Assembly: GCA_010093605.1 (NCBI GenBank)
Contig: MU004189.1
Location: 1,929,834 to 1,993,833 of the forward strand
Direction: 5' to 3'
DNA length: 64,000 nucleotides
DNA from: Lophium mytilinum
Lineage: Eukaryota
Positions 26,304 to 37,838 of this stretch are shown piece by piece (position 1 is the first letter of the stretch; each line of letters begins with the position of its first letter). Position numbers and translations under genes: made by a program. Under the pieces are notes generated by a model. The model saw only the letters and a program-made list of their open reading frames with translations, made no database searches and was not told where the DNA came from.

Positions 26304-26604
26304 ATACATCTCAACGCTCCCAAGTATACCCAAGTCCGTAATTTAATACAGGATGTTCTAGAGTTTATGTTACTCTATCAGCCTACTTTGGAAGGTTATA
26401 GGATAAACATGATTTCGTGGTCTAATCTATGGTGTCTTCCAATAGTATGCCCAAATCGAGTTCAAATCGCACGGACTGGCTCCACTTCATACATCTCAAC
26501 ACCGCCAAATATACCCCAAATCCGTGATCTGATATGGAGTGTCCTCCAATAGTATGCCCAAATCGAGTTGAAATCGCACGGACTGGCTCCCGTTTGTACA
26601 TCTC
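26304..26604 (+). repeat. Degenerate direct repeats in the MRPL19-RPN12 convergent intergenic region
   Basis: gtgtc(t/c)tccaatagtatgcccaaatcgagtt(c/g)aaatcgcacggactggctcc at 26432 and 26539 (107-bp period); the sub-unit catacatctcaac..tatacc.caa.tccgt occurs near 26304 and 26488. Confidence 0.85.
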
Positions 26605-26950
26605 GCCGTGGCGAGGTTTCACCTATGATGTCTTGGTACGATTCAGGGGGTTTTGGAATTCAGATACCAAAAGAGGTTGAAAATCAGGAATTACAGAGAC
26701 GAAAAGCAGGGAAGATGGATCAAGCTCACAGGAGATGGAATTGGAAAGCTCTACCGCTGTCGAAGGTTCACACTAGATCGCAAACAATGTAGTACCAGAG
26801 TGTGCATAATTAGATGTTATTTTGATTCCTGGATCAGTTCATCTAAAGCTTGGCCTTAACGCCCGCTGTCCAGTGCTATTCCGAGCCAAGCCATGTCTAT
26901 GTTACAGCGACTGCATCCATTACCGGCAGCATATCCTTTCCTGGGCCCCC

Positions 26951-27914
26951 CTACACGATCGTCTCCAACTCTCTTGCATATCCTAGTGTGTTCTCGATGA
27001 CTTGATCGCTTGTGACGAGGATATCCCGTTCTAGCCCTAGCATCTCCTCGGCCTGCTGGGGGAAGTATATCCGGCTGTCCTTGACGACCCAGCCAAGCTC
27101 GTGCGCGAACTTGACCACGCTGCCTTCACTGTCGAGGAAGAGGAGACTCTTTGCGTCTGAGACGGGGATGGAGGGGTAGGCTTTCTCGGAGCAGGAGGCG
27201 ATTTCTTTGCGAATTGTGCCGATCAGGACCTGTGAAACATAAACATTAGCTTTAGCCATAGTGAGAAACCACGCCTCTCTACCCGCCAGACCCAAACAGC
27301 GAATCGAGTCCACAGGAGGAGAGAGAGCTAAGCCTCATTGTACATACCTCAGAAAACAGGCCAAACTCCTCCGCTGGCACCCTCTCACTCTTCGTCTCGC
27401 CCCAAACCCGATCATAGCTGCCCTCCATAAGCGCCTGCTCCAGCCGTATCGGATACTGGATAAACACATCATCCTCCAGCCCCTTCCCGCCCTTGCCCCC
27501 CGTCCCCTGGATCCCCGCCGCGACCTCCAGCCCCTCCAGCGTCGTGTGGAACCCCGCGTAGTCCCCGTCGCTCAGCAGCAGCAGCAGATACAGCCCCGTG
27601 ATCTTGCTCGCCTGGCTCGACCCATCCTTCGGCAGCACCGACGTTGGCAGCGCGTAGAACGGCTGCAGCTGCTGGAAGTAGCGCGTGAAGCCCTCCGGGT
27701 CCTTGAGCCGGATGCTCAGCAGGGCGCCCAGCTCGAGGGTTTCGCGGGCGGCGATGAGGTGCGGCCGGGGGGTTGTGGGTGCGGGGATGAGGGCGTTGAG
27801 GTGGAGGAGGGCGAGTTTGGCGCGCGAAAGCAGCGATGGTGCGGAGGTGTATTTGTGGGATTGGAGGCAGCCGTGGAGTTGCTTGAGCGTCTCGCGGAGC
27901 TCGTGGTCGGCCAT
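26951..27914 (-). CDS. RPN12: 26S proteasome regulatory (lid) subunit Rpn12
   Basis: ARETLELGALLSIRLKDPEGFTRYFQQL, ITGLYLLLLLS, IQYPIRLEQALMEGSYDRVW, TIRKEIASCSEKAY, NTLGYARELETIV; one intron. Confidence 0.96.
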
Positions 27915-28035
27915 TTCGGCGGGTGTGTTGGGTTTCGGGAGTGTAGGAGAAGGGAGATGGGGAGTCGCAGTTGTAGAAGAAGACTGTGAAGCGGAGGGAG
28001 GAGGTGATGAAGCTGCTGTGGATGGGGGGTTTGGC

Positions 28036-28144
28036 GGAGCTTGAAGCGGACGTGGTGGTAACGAAGCAGTGATGCTCGAACGCTCGGACCTTGGGCTCAG
28101 CGAAATCCATGGCAAACCACAACCTTCGAATATACGGTGGCGAA
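28036..28144. promoter_or_regulatory. Candidate Rpn4/PACE-type proteasome elements upstream of RPN12
   Basis: GGAGCT at 28036-28041 and GGTGGCGAA at 28136-28144, within 230 bp of the RPN12 ATG; short motifs, so chance occurrence is possible. Confidence 0.45.
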
Positions 28145-28473
28145 TAAATGGACTGTTCATTTTGCGATACTACATGGGGTGCAAGAAGAGGGTACTTCAG
28201 TCTTCTTGAAGGTCTTTTTCAGCTCAGGATCTGCCTAATCTAATGTTTCCTCGTTGTGACAGGCAGATGACATGGTCACAGGTTCTCAAAGTCCACCACT
28301 TGGATACTTCTATTCACCTTACACAGCCTCATCATAGGTCTGTCCGAAATTTTGTATCACGAAGGTGAAAGCATAGTGTAAGACTTCTGTTTGACCAGCC
28401 TGATGCCTAATGGACTATCCTGGGCATCACGGAGTACAACATAATACCGACTGAGCTCTATTCAACCTCTAGT

Positions 28474-30117
28474 CTATCTCCTTCGTCCAAAGCGGCCTTT
28501 GCCTCCCTTCTGTTGATCTTTACCCTTGATCTTTAGCCTGCGATAGTTCGCGTTCATCGTAGCGCCCGCTTTACGGACAGCTTTACTGACAGCATTTGAG
28601 CTCTTCTGTGCTGTAACAGCCTTCGTCTCTGTTTTAGCTTCAGGTTTCAGTAGGTCCTTAGCTTTTGCGAGTTGAGTCTTCCGCTTTTTAGGGGTATGAG
28701 AGTCGTTACTGAAGTCTGAAGCAGCGCCGTCATCTGAAGACTCTTCTCTAAACTCATCCTCTAGGCTCTGGGTTTTTGGGCCTTCCTTCGTTTGTGTCTC
28801 TGCGATTGCATCTGGACTATCGGAGTCATCTTGTACAGCTGGCTCAGGAGACTTGGACTTGCGCCTGGCAGCGACTGGACGCACTGTTCGATGTTAGAGA
28901 AGCTTTCTGGGCATACACAATCATGAAACTTACTGTTCACTCTCCTCGTAGTCCGCTTCTGCCCCCTCTTCTTCCACACCTGTCGCGGATTCCCATTTCT
29001 GTCCAGTGCACCTAATTCTTGCTGTGTCTCATCTTGATCCGACTCTTCTAACGCATCCGGACCAAGCTTCATTGGAACCTGACTATCCTCCACTAAAACC
29101 TTCGGAGCCGGTTTCGCTTTAGGTATAGAAATGCCCGCAGCCTCCATCTCCATCTCCCGCATCATCTCTAACTCGTCGTCTAGCCTTTCGTCTTCTTGCC
29201 TCTCCGCCTCCTCTTCCTCCCTTCTCGCCTCCTCAACTCTCTCTTTCTCCTGATTCTTCAGATTCTGTATCATACTACTCAGACTCCTTCCAAGTCCTCT
29301 CCGCTTCCACGGTGCAGGTCGCGGCGTCGACTCATCCTCTTCAGCAATGATATCAAGCGGCCGAGTATCGCGCCGTAGGAACATTGGCGTCGAAAGATGC
29401 TTCATCGTCGAAGAAGGCGTGCCCTCCTCGTCTCGCTTCCGCTTTTTCGGCGTCGCGAACTTGTCCAGCAAGAATCTTTTCCCTGTGGAAAGTGGCGTTC
29501 TGCTTCCTCGCGCATGCTCCTCGACCGAAAGCCCATCTTCGGATCCACCGTGGTCCTTGCTCGGCGTCTGCATCACGTTTGTTCCCACATCACCCAACAC
29601 CGTCCTCTGCGCTTTGGTCGGCGTATCCGAAGGGAGAAGATCGAAGAGACCAAGAACCAGTCCATCTTTCTGCGGGGTGGGTCCAATCTTCGAACGCACA
29701 TGTACTGGCGTAAAAAGGATTGAGGCCGATCCAGGAACATTGGCAGGGTCTGCGTTCTCCGCTTGCTCGTGTCTTGCGGGGGTGGTGGCTAGTTTGAAGA
29801 GCGGTTTTGAAGGGGTTCGGACTTCATCGTCAATCGCTTTGCATTTTCGCGGTGCTTTCGAGGGCGTTTGTGGGCCGGCCTTGCCTGCAAGAACATCTCG
29901 GAGCTTATTGTACTCCTTGTATTTCTGTGCTATGACCTCGTAAGTGCATGTTTCGTGGGTATGTGCATGTCAACGTACAGATGCTGGCGTTCGCTTTTAT
30001 GTCCAGGCGGCCGGCTTTGCGTCCATTGTGTGCAGCAGCGAAATCCTTTTCCCACAGCTTCAGCTCCTGCTTTAGAGTACTACAGCGGTCATTCGGGTCG
30101 GCATTGGTGGTGGTCAT
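28474..30117 (-). CDS. SLD2: DNA replication initiation regulator Sld2/Drc1
   Basis: N-terminal LKQELKLWEKDFAAAHNGRKAGRLDIK (Sld2/RecQL4-type), IGPTPQKDGLVLGLFDLL, many S/T-P CDK sites, WKKRGQKRTTRRV, NANYRRLKIK; two introns. Confidence 0.92.
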
Positions 30118-30143
30118 TTTGGTGTGGTATTGTCGGCTTGGAG

Positions 30144-30255
30144 GTCGCGTGTTTGGGAGAATCGCGAAGTCCACCACGCTGGGGAAAGAACGCCGGGGTC
30201 CCGACGGCGCGTTGAACGCGACTGCCCTGCAAGGTTGTGAAATATAATACGCGCC
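30144..30255. promoter_or_regulatory. Cluster of MCB/SCB-like CGCG elements in the SLD2 promoter
   Basis: Five CGCG cores (30146, 30163, 30208, 30217, 30250), four in ACGCG context on one strand or the other, within 140 bp of the ATG. Confidence 0.6.
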
Positions 30256-30452
30256 AAGGAATCACGTTATTTAAGCAAGCATTCTGCCACCGCTTCAACC
30301 ATTTAATGTGAATTCAAATCCAATGTATTTGCTGTTTCCTCCGCTGAAAAAGCCGCTGTCTATCGTACACGATTGATATTCACAAACTCCGTCCCGGAGC
30401 TCAGTAACAAGCGCTGATGCCAAAAATCGAAACCCCTGTTAAACCCAGCCCC

Positions 30453-32250
30453 CTAGTAGTGAATCGCTTTGTCGTAAGTCGCCATGGCTGCCTCCTTGAA
30501 AGCCTCGCTGAGCGTTGGGTGAGCATGTGATGTACGGGCGACATCTAGAAACAAGTTAGTAAGGACAAACACATACGTTGTGGAGTAGTCTTACCTTCGC
30601 AGCTTGCACCGTATTCAAGCGCAAGGGTGGCCTCAGCAATCATCTCTCCAGCGTTTGGTCCAACAATATGAACACCCAATATCCGGTCTGTCTCAGCGTC
30701 CGCAAGGAACTTCACAATACCCTCCGTGTCCAGGTTCGTCTTCGCTCTCGAGTTGGCGGAGAAGGGGAATGAGCCGCTCTTGTATTTTACGTCCGCAGCC
30801 TTTAGTTCTTGCTCGTTCTGGCCAACCCAAGCAACCTCGGGGTGAGAGTACATGACGGACGGGATAGCTCCATAGTTGACGTGTCCGTAGCCTTTCGTGA
30901 TAAACTCGGCAACAGCAACACCCTCCTCTTCAGCCTTATGTGCCAACATTGGTCCAAATGTGCAGTCACCAATGACTCGGATGTGGGGGATCTTCGTGCG
31001 GAATTCCTGGTCGATTACAAGGCGTCCCTTATCGTCAGCCTCCAAACCAATCTTCTCGAAATTCAGACCAGCAGTGTATGGGCGGCGACCAATGGCGACG
31101 AGGACAACGTCGGCATCGAGCTAATAGTTTCAGTCAGCTATGCATCTCGGAAAAGTAGGAAACGGTTCTTCTCACCAGCTCCTCTTTACCGCCCTTGGCA
31201 GCTTCAACATTGATCTTCACAGTCTCGCCGCTGTCGTCACCGCCCATGACCTTGGTGTTGAGCTTGAACTTCATACCCTGCTTGGTAAGAAGCTTCTGGG
31301 TCAACTTGGCGATTTCGTTGTCCATGCCAGGCCCTCCAATCTGGCCCAAAAATTCGACGACTGTAACTTCAGAGCCGAGTCTAGACCAAACCGAGCCCTA
31401 TCTAAAATTAGTACAGACTGTTCCCAGCTGCTCTCTTTCGTTACTCACCATCTCGAGACCGATAATGCCACCTCCAATGACGACCATCTTCTTCGGGACC
31501 TTTTGTAGTGCGATTGCGCCTGTGCTCGTGATAATCTTCTCCTCGTCAATCGTCAGACCGGGGAACGGTGTAGCCTCACTGCCGGTTGCAATGATGATGT
31601 TTTTGCCCTTGACTGAAGTCTCCCCACCATCGAGCAGATTGACTGCGATGGTGTGTTCATCCGTGAATGCTCCGGTGCCCTTGATGTATTCGACGTTGTT
31701 TTTCTTGAACAAGAATTCGATACCCTTGGTCAGACCCGACACTGAGGTCTCCTTCGCCTTCATCATCTGTGCCAAATTGAGCTTGACATCGCCGACATCA
31801 ATCCCGCGGTTCTTCGTGTCGTGGAGGATGGAATGGTACATATGCGAATTGTTGAGGAGAGACTTCGAGGGGATGCAGCCGACGTTGAGACATGTTCCTC
31901 CCAACGCGCCGCGCTTCTCTATACACGTAACCTACGCGGAACTATATTAGCTTGGCGAGGATGCATTATAAGCAGTGTAAATACCTTGAGGCCTGCTTGT
32001 CCAGCCTTGATAGCTGCGACGTATCCCGCGACACCTCCGCCGATGACGACGAGGTCTTTCTCCTCTGCAAAATGATCAGCCGTTGCACGTAGAGTAGCTT
32101 CGGAACATGCGCCTTACCAGCTTCTGTAGCATATCCCCTCCTTGAACGGTCCAGCACGTAAAAAGCTGAAGGGCGAATGCTGCTCTGGGCGCCACCGACG
32201 GGACGCAATAGCGACCTGGGGGCAGCCCGGGGAACCATGGCACGGAACAT
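30453..32250 (-). CDS. LPD1: Mitochondrial dihydrolipoamide dehydrogenase (E3)
   Basis: Arg/Ser-rich presequence; [16 protein letters not shown], redox [36 protein letters not shown]-terminal [13 protein letters not shown]; several introns. Confidence 0.97.
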
Positions 32251-32780
32251 GACGAGTGGAGACAGAGGATAGAGGCGGAGAGAGGAGAGGAAGGGCCGCG
32301 ATTTGTACGGCAAGTAAGTTGAGAGGGGTCAATTGATGGAGGTGGTGATCGTGGCTAAGTGTTTGGAGCTCCGGAGGACAACTTTTCGGAGAGCCGGCGA
32401 GATCGCCTTCAGCCGGGAGCTGGTAAAACAGCAGAGCTTAGCAAAACAATTCGCCTCAAGACTTTTGCGTTCTAAAGCTTTTAAATGAGCATTTAGTTAA
32501 GCTAGAATCAACTAGTAGTATTCTAAATTATATCATCCAAAGGTCAACATATTCTTCCCGCCGCAATACTTGTCTTCTTAACATTCAAACCAAACTTTGT
32601 TGAGGTAACAGGCTTGGACATTTTACCGTCCCCCGACTTGCGGCAAGTGGCGGCTGTAATTCACGCTCGCATTAGCCCGAATGATACTCCGTCTCAATCT
32701 TTATCAGTGCGTGACCTTGGAGCATCAGATTACTGATATAAGAATCTTTAATGGTATTTCCTACAAGTGATGTGACTCCG

Positions 32781-35475
32781 TCATTCCTCCACCTTCCCCG
32801 TGGCGAGATCTGTCAGCGCTTCGACTACCAGCCTACAAGCCCATCGAACAGTCTCCCTCTCTGACTTATTGCCGGCTATTTCGCCCTTGCTAACAACCCT
32901 CTTGAGGAAGTACTGGAGGCCGCGAGCCATCTGAGGAGCTTCTCCGACTTTACTGAATAGATCGAGCAGTCCCTTAGCGTCTCTTTGATCACCGGCATGC
33001 TTTTGTGATTGTAGGATGATGGTATTGAGCAAGACTTCTACAAATGTCTTTGTTTTCGGCTGAAGGTAGGTAAAGTTGAGAATCTGGGAAGATGTTAGCT
33101 GCTTAGCACACTTCGGGTTCGAACGATGAACTTACCTTCAGTGACGTGAGGGGAACTCTGCCGTTGGCAATAAGTTCCCCAAACATCCTCCCGAGATTAA
33201 CGATCTTCCTAGTCGTCATACCGTCGCTGTCTTCGTCCTCTTGATCAGACAAGGCTTCACCATCTTTCTTCTCACCTAGGCTCTTGAAGATGTCCCATAG
33301 AGCAAACTGGAACGACTTCTTCACACCACGGTCTGTGCACACTTTACGGGCGATTAGTGTGTAGTAAGGATTGTAGCTTTGTTCGCTCCCAGCGCAATGG
33401 ATTAGTACTCGTGCTATCTCGGGCTCCTGAGCTCGTTTCAGCCTCAGATTTAGTAATCTGACATGCGCATCTTTGAAGTCTGTTGCAGACATGATGGTCA
33501 CAAAGATAGCGCGCCGGATGTCGGTGTTCATCCGATGTTCCCTGGCGAGTTGTAGGAGCTTGGTAGTGCCATCTCCCTCCGAGGATATGATTTGCGTTGT
33601 GTCCTTGGATACCGGTGACTTCATGGTCTGGGAATCCGGCTGCTCGCCATCGTTCCTCCAGCTCGCGCCAACGAGCCACCACTTTCCCCTCTTATCGGTG
33701 TCTCTGATATCGGCCAGACCAATCCTTAGGGGCTCACTTGCTTTAATTGTGCCAGTATTCAACGATCCTAATGTCTTCTTCATTCGTATGGTGTGCTCGG
33801 AGATTACAGCAGAAGCGACAGCTCCAGTCTTGACTCGATTGTTTTTAAGGTTGTTGATGCTCTCTATCATGAACTTCGTACGGACCGAGAGGTTACCTTC
33901 TCCGCTATTGGCTACCGCTTTTTGAAGCAAAACGACGATATCTTTCAACGAAGAAGGATCATCTTGACGGAGCTGAGCTCCAGACACTAATTAAGGGTCA
34001 GTTTCTATCCAGCTATAAAGTCAAAGAGAAGAAAGGTTACTTTTGATGATCTTAAGAAGAAGCTCCGTGTTCAAGTCCGAGAGTTCATCAAGAAACAGCC
34101 GTATGTAGTCGAATACCAGATTGCTGCCAATCACATGAAAGTTGTACAATTGGGCCATGAGGGAGATCAAATTCGTAGTCTGCTTGCCTCCTGCATCCCT
34201 GCCCTGACTTCTTGAATATTGGCTGTCAAACTCCGACACAATTCGTTCCACAAGCTGAGCCCCGAAGTCTGTCCCAACTACTTTGTACACAGCTGTAATA
34301 AAGCCCGCGTGTAAGATCAGGAATGTATCGTTGAGCGTAGTCTCATCGGAGAGCAGTCCAAGAAGTAAATCCCTCAATGTGGTACTGACGTAGCTACGAG
34401 GGTTGTTCTCGTATATCTTTTCAACATCTCGTAGGATTGTGATCAGGTTTGCTTCGGACAATCGATTTAAGAGACCTTGAACTTGTCTACGTAATCGTGA
34501 TAGTGCTTCTGCGTCCGATGAAGGTGGTCCACGGAGTGAGGGTGGTATGTATTTGGCCGCTGGCAAACTACGACTGGCCACGGGAGCGACGTATGGGTTC
34601 TCCCGCACTCGAGGCTGTACAGGCTCTGGTAGGTCCTCGGAATCAGAACCATCGAAACCTTCCAAACTATCTTCGCTACCGTCATCAGATAGACCTTCTA
34701 GCTCGTCCTCGGTCGAGAAATCATCCCCATCTATATCCTCATCCATGTCCTCTTCGTCCAGGTTGCCGGAGTCGCTATCGCTCATATCTTGAGCAGCAGC
34801 ACCCAAAGCTTTCCGGCGCTTACTTGCAAGCCACTCATCATCTCCTGGTCTCTTTCTCTTGGTGGCGGGCTCCTCTACTGAATCTTCACCGCTGTCTAGA
34901 TCTCCAAATAGATCGTCCAGTCCGTCATCACCCGAACTCTTCCTCTTCTTTCCTTTCATCCCCAACTTCTTCTCCAATGCTGCAATTTCAGCATCATCCT
35001 GAGCGAGCCTTTCTTTTACTACACGAGGTACTCGAGGTGGTGGTGACGGAGAGCGTGCGGTATTAGAGGGATTCCTGACGACGTCCTCTTTTTTCGTGCG
35101 CTTTAGTATAGACTTGAGAGGTTTCTCGGTGGTGTCTGGCGTCTTCTGTACTGGCCTAGGTGGTGGTGCGGGCTCTTCTATGTCGCTCTCATCATCCTCC
35201 TCATCCTCGTCTGATTGAACGTGATGACGAGGCTGCGTGCTAGGCCTCCTCGAGCTCCCAATCTTCTTGTGTACTTTTTTCTGCGTTCGTTCGGCTTTGC
35301 GGCGTTCTTTTCGTCCACCAGGCCCATTGCGCCCGCGACCGCCATTCCCGGAAGTTCCTGATACTTTCCGTTGGTTAGCAGACAGTAGTAATGAGCGCAT
35401 GCATATGAAAATACCTCCAAACTGGTCTCTCAGTTCCTTTGGCAGTTTTGGGCCAAGAAACTCTCGTTGGCGCAT
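32781..35475 (-). CDS. SGD1: Nucleolar MIF4G/MA3-domain ribosome-biogenesis protein (Sgd1/NOM1)
   Basis: Lys/acidic N-terminus; KYIPPSLR..LRRQVQGLLNRLSEANL; G.QLRQDDPSSLKDI; RGKWWLVGASW; MNTDIRRAIFVTIM; EQSYNPYY. Confidence 0.92.
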
Positions 35476-35685
35476 TGCGAATGTGGTGTTGAAGGGACCC
35501 AAAAAAGTCGACGTCGGAGGTGCACGAGTTTCTACCGCTGCTCTTTGAACTCCCCGCAATAATCCCACCCACCTCGAAGTCGAATTTCCAGTACAATTCA
35601 CCAGCGACCGCAAAAAACCCCTGCTCTATAGAGCTTCACGGATAGAAATTTAGGAGATTGTCTCATAGCGTCACACCACTAAATC

Positions 35686-36166
35686 ATGGCGGAAGGCCAC
35701 CTCACCAACGCAGAGGTACGTTTCGATTCCAGCCCGCATCGAGTATCATTAAGTTAATACAGCCCAGTTCTTCACAAAGCTCGCAGCCCTCCTAGACACC
35801 AACCGCGACAAAGGCCATGGCTCGGTTTATCTCACACAAAAACGCATGACCTACTCCTCCGACGTCGCGCCCTCACCCACCAAAGTCGCTGACGACCCAC
35901 TATGGGATACGCACCCCGAGAACCCTCTCCCCGTAATCGTCCGAGCAAGCAACACCAAGGAGGATAAGGCGAAGGATGGCAGTAGGAGGGACAAGCCGAA
36001 GGAAAAGTTCTCGACGATAGTTCAGCCAGATGAGTTAGATCGGTTTTATGTGCGATATGCGGAGACTTGCAAGGCGGGCATGTCGGCGCTGAAGAAGAGG
36101 GACCGTACGAAGAGGAAGAAGGATAAGCGGAAGAAGGCGAAGACGGATGGTGAGAAGAAAGGATGA
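35686..36166 (+). CDS. SRP14: Signal recognition particle 14-kDa subunit
   Basis: MAEGHLTNAE / FFTKLAALL..GHGSVYLTQKR..VIVRASN..KFSTIVQPDELDRFYVRYAETCKAGMSALKKRDR; one short intron; divergent from SGD1 across 210 bp. Confidence 0.93.
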
Positions 36167-36527
36167 GGTCGGCATGAATGCCGTTCTTTTGCCTAGGTCA
36201 CGTGCGGATTGCTATTGAGCCAGCATAGCATCAAAGAAGGAGAAGAAACGGCGGATTCTCTACAAGGTCATGATTGAATGACCACATAATGCCACACAGA
36301 GGGGGCTAGATCACAAGAGAGGCGCCATTTGGTCAAATCGACTGGCTGCAAGGGGACGCGTATCCTGCGGGTATATTTGAAAGCATATCCCGCACTGTGC
36401 TAGACAATACAAGAAGAAGTGAAGCCATCCACACGCCTCCAAGTATGCTGCCTTCAGTTCAAGAAGACTTTGCAAATTAGTCACCCGCTCAAGTCATCTG
36501 ATCCCCTCTCACATCCATTTTCTCCGT

Positions 36528-37224
36528 CTAATTCAAGTTTCTCTTCATTCTCTTGAATAGAGCGAGATGCAGTGGCACTGGTTGACCCATCCAAGTGGCT
36601 CGTTGCGTGTGATCGCGTTCGTCCTCACCAGTGTTTGGATGAATGAGTGCAGAGAGAGGTCCCCGGTTTATCACCAACCAAGGAATGAAGGCCCCAAACT
36701 GCTCCGGCGTGAATATATTGACCTCGAACATTCCCTTTTACAGATGGTCAATGCCCACTTTGTTGTCAGAAGATTCTCTATCACATACCGTTATATGTGG
36801 GCCAAGGGGCTTCTCCCAGACCTGGTAAATGCGCAACTCGGGAACTTTGAAGGTTTCAGATTAGTTGAAGTAGCATTCTAGCTGAATTGGCATCCATACA
36901 CTCTCGCCGAATACGTTCCCACAGCTCCTTCGCAAACTTCAGTTGCTCCTCGTCGGTATGTAGGAAGTAAATATGGACATCGAAACCAGCCCGGATCCCT
37001 TTGGTGATCGGGTCAGGGAAAGCTTCATATGCAGCACTTTTCTCCTTTGCTGGTGGATTGACGAATGACTTTCCATCTTCGGCTCTCTCCCTTTAAGTGA
37101 ATGAGTAAGCGTCGCGATCCAATCAACCATAAGAGAATGATCAGAGTGCATACGTGGGAAGAGGAGGCAAGTCTCTAAAGCCTTCCAATGGCGACGGAAA
37201 TTGGTAGAGGCTTGGATCTGCCAT
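36528..37224 (-). CDS. DOPA 4,5-dioxygenase family protein
   Basis: MADPSLYQFPSPLEG.. / GFDVHIYF..LWERIRREF / PELRIYQVWEKPLGPH / MFEVNIFTPEQFGAFIPWLVINRGPLSALIHPNTG..DHTQRATWMG; three introns. Confidence 0.88.
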
Positions 37225-37838
37225 TCTGCAGTATGTGCTATGGCCTAATTTTAGAGGAGCAGATCGAGGATTATTAGATCGAGGATGTCTTTTGAGGCTT
37301 TTGAATGTGACGGATCCTTATTGCTACCATGAAGAGGCTGTTTGTCAGCGCGGAACCGGCTGGGAGCGGGCTCCTTCTACTTTGTGTCATCAACAAATGT
37401 TGCAATGCTCGCGTGACCATGCCGCGAATTGCGAATGCGTGGGACGTACATAGGCTCAGGGTGTTTGAGGATTTGATGTCTTTTAGCCCACTCAACTAAA
37501 GATTTTGTTCACATATGAATATCAAAAGGAGGGGCAACGTGAGATGGCGGGGTACTTCTCGGATTGCTCTGCATTCACTGTACTGCTGCCAGATCTTGAG
37601 CACTCGTCTCCACTTACCATCGCTTCTGCTCGGATAAGTAGTTTCTGTCATCTTTCAGAGGGAACCAAGAGGAAAGCGCTGAGCAGCCTCTAACTCGCAG
37701 CGTGTCACCTTGAACCTGAGGCCGTAATCTAATCACAGAGGCGGTCCGAGCGCCCTAGTGACTCCCACCACTTCAGCGCCGTCGTAAATATTTCGCAAAC
37801 ACACGACAGCACCGAAAACCCACGTCAATTGCTCCAGA

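Noticed and set aside
27261..28044. Long antisense ORFs over RPN12 (similar ones over LPD1, SGD1 and the MFS genes)
   Set aside because: Expected shadow ORFs from GC-rich codon usage on the coding strand
37759..37764. TGACTC (CpcA/Gcn4-like site) upstream of Asn-tRNA synthetase
   Set aside because: Single imperfect hexamer; plausible but not distinguishable from chance
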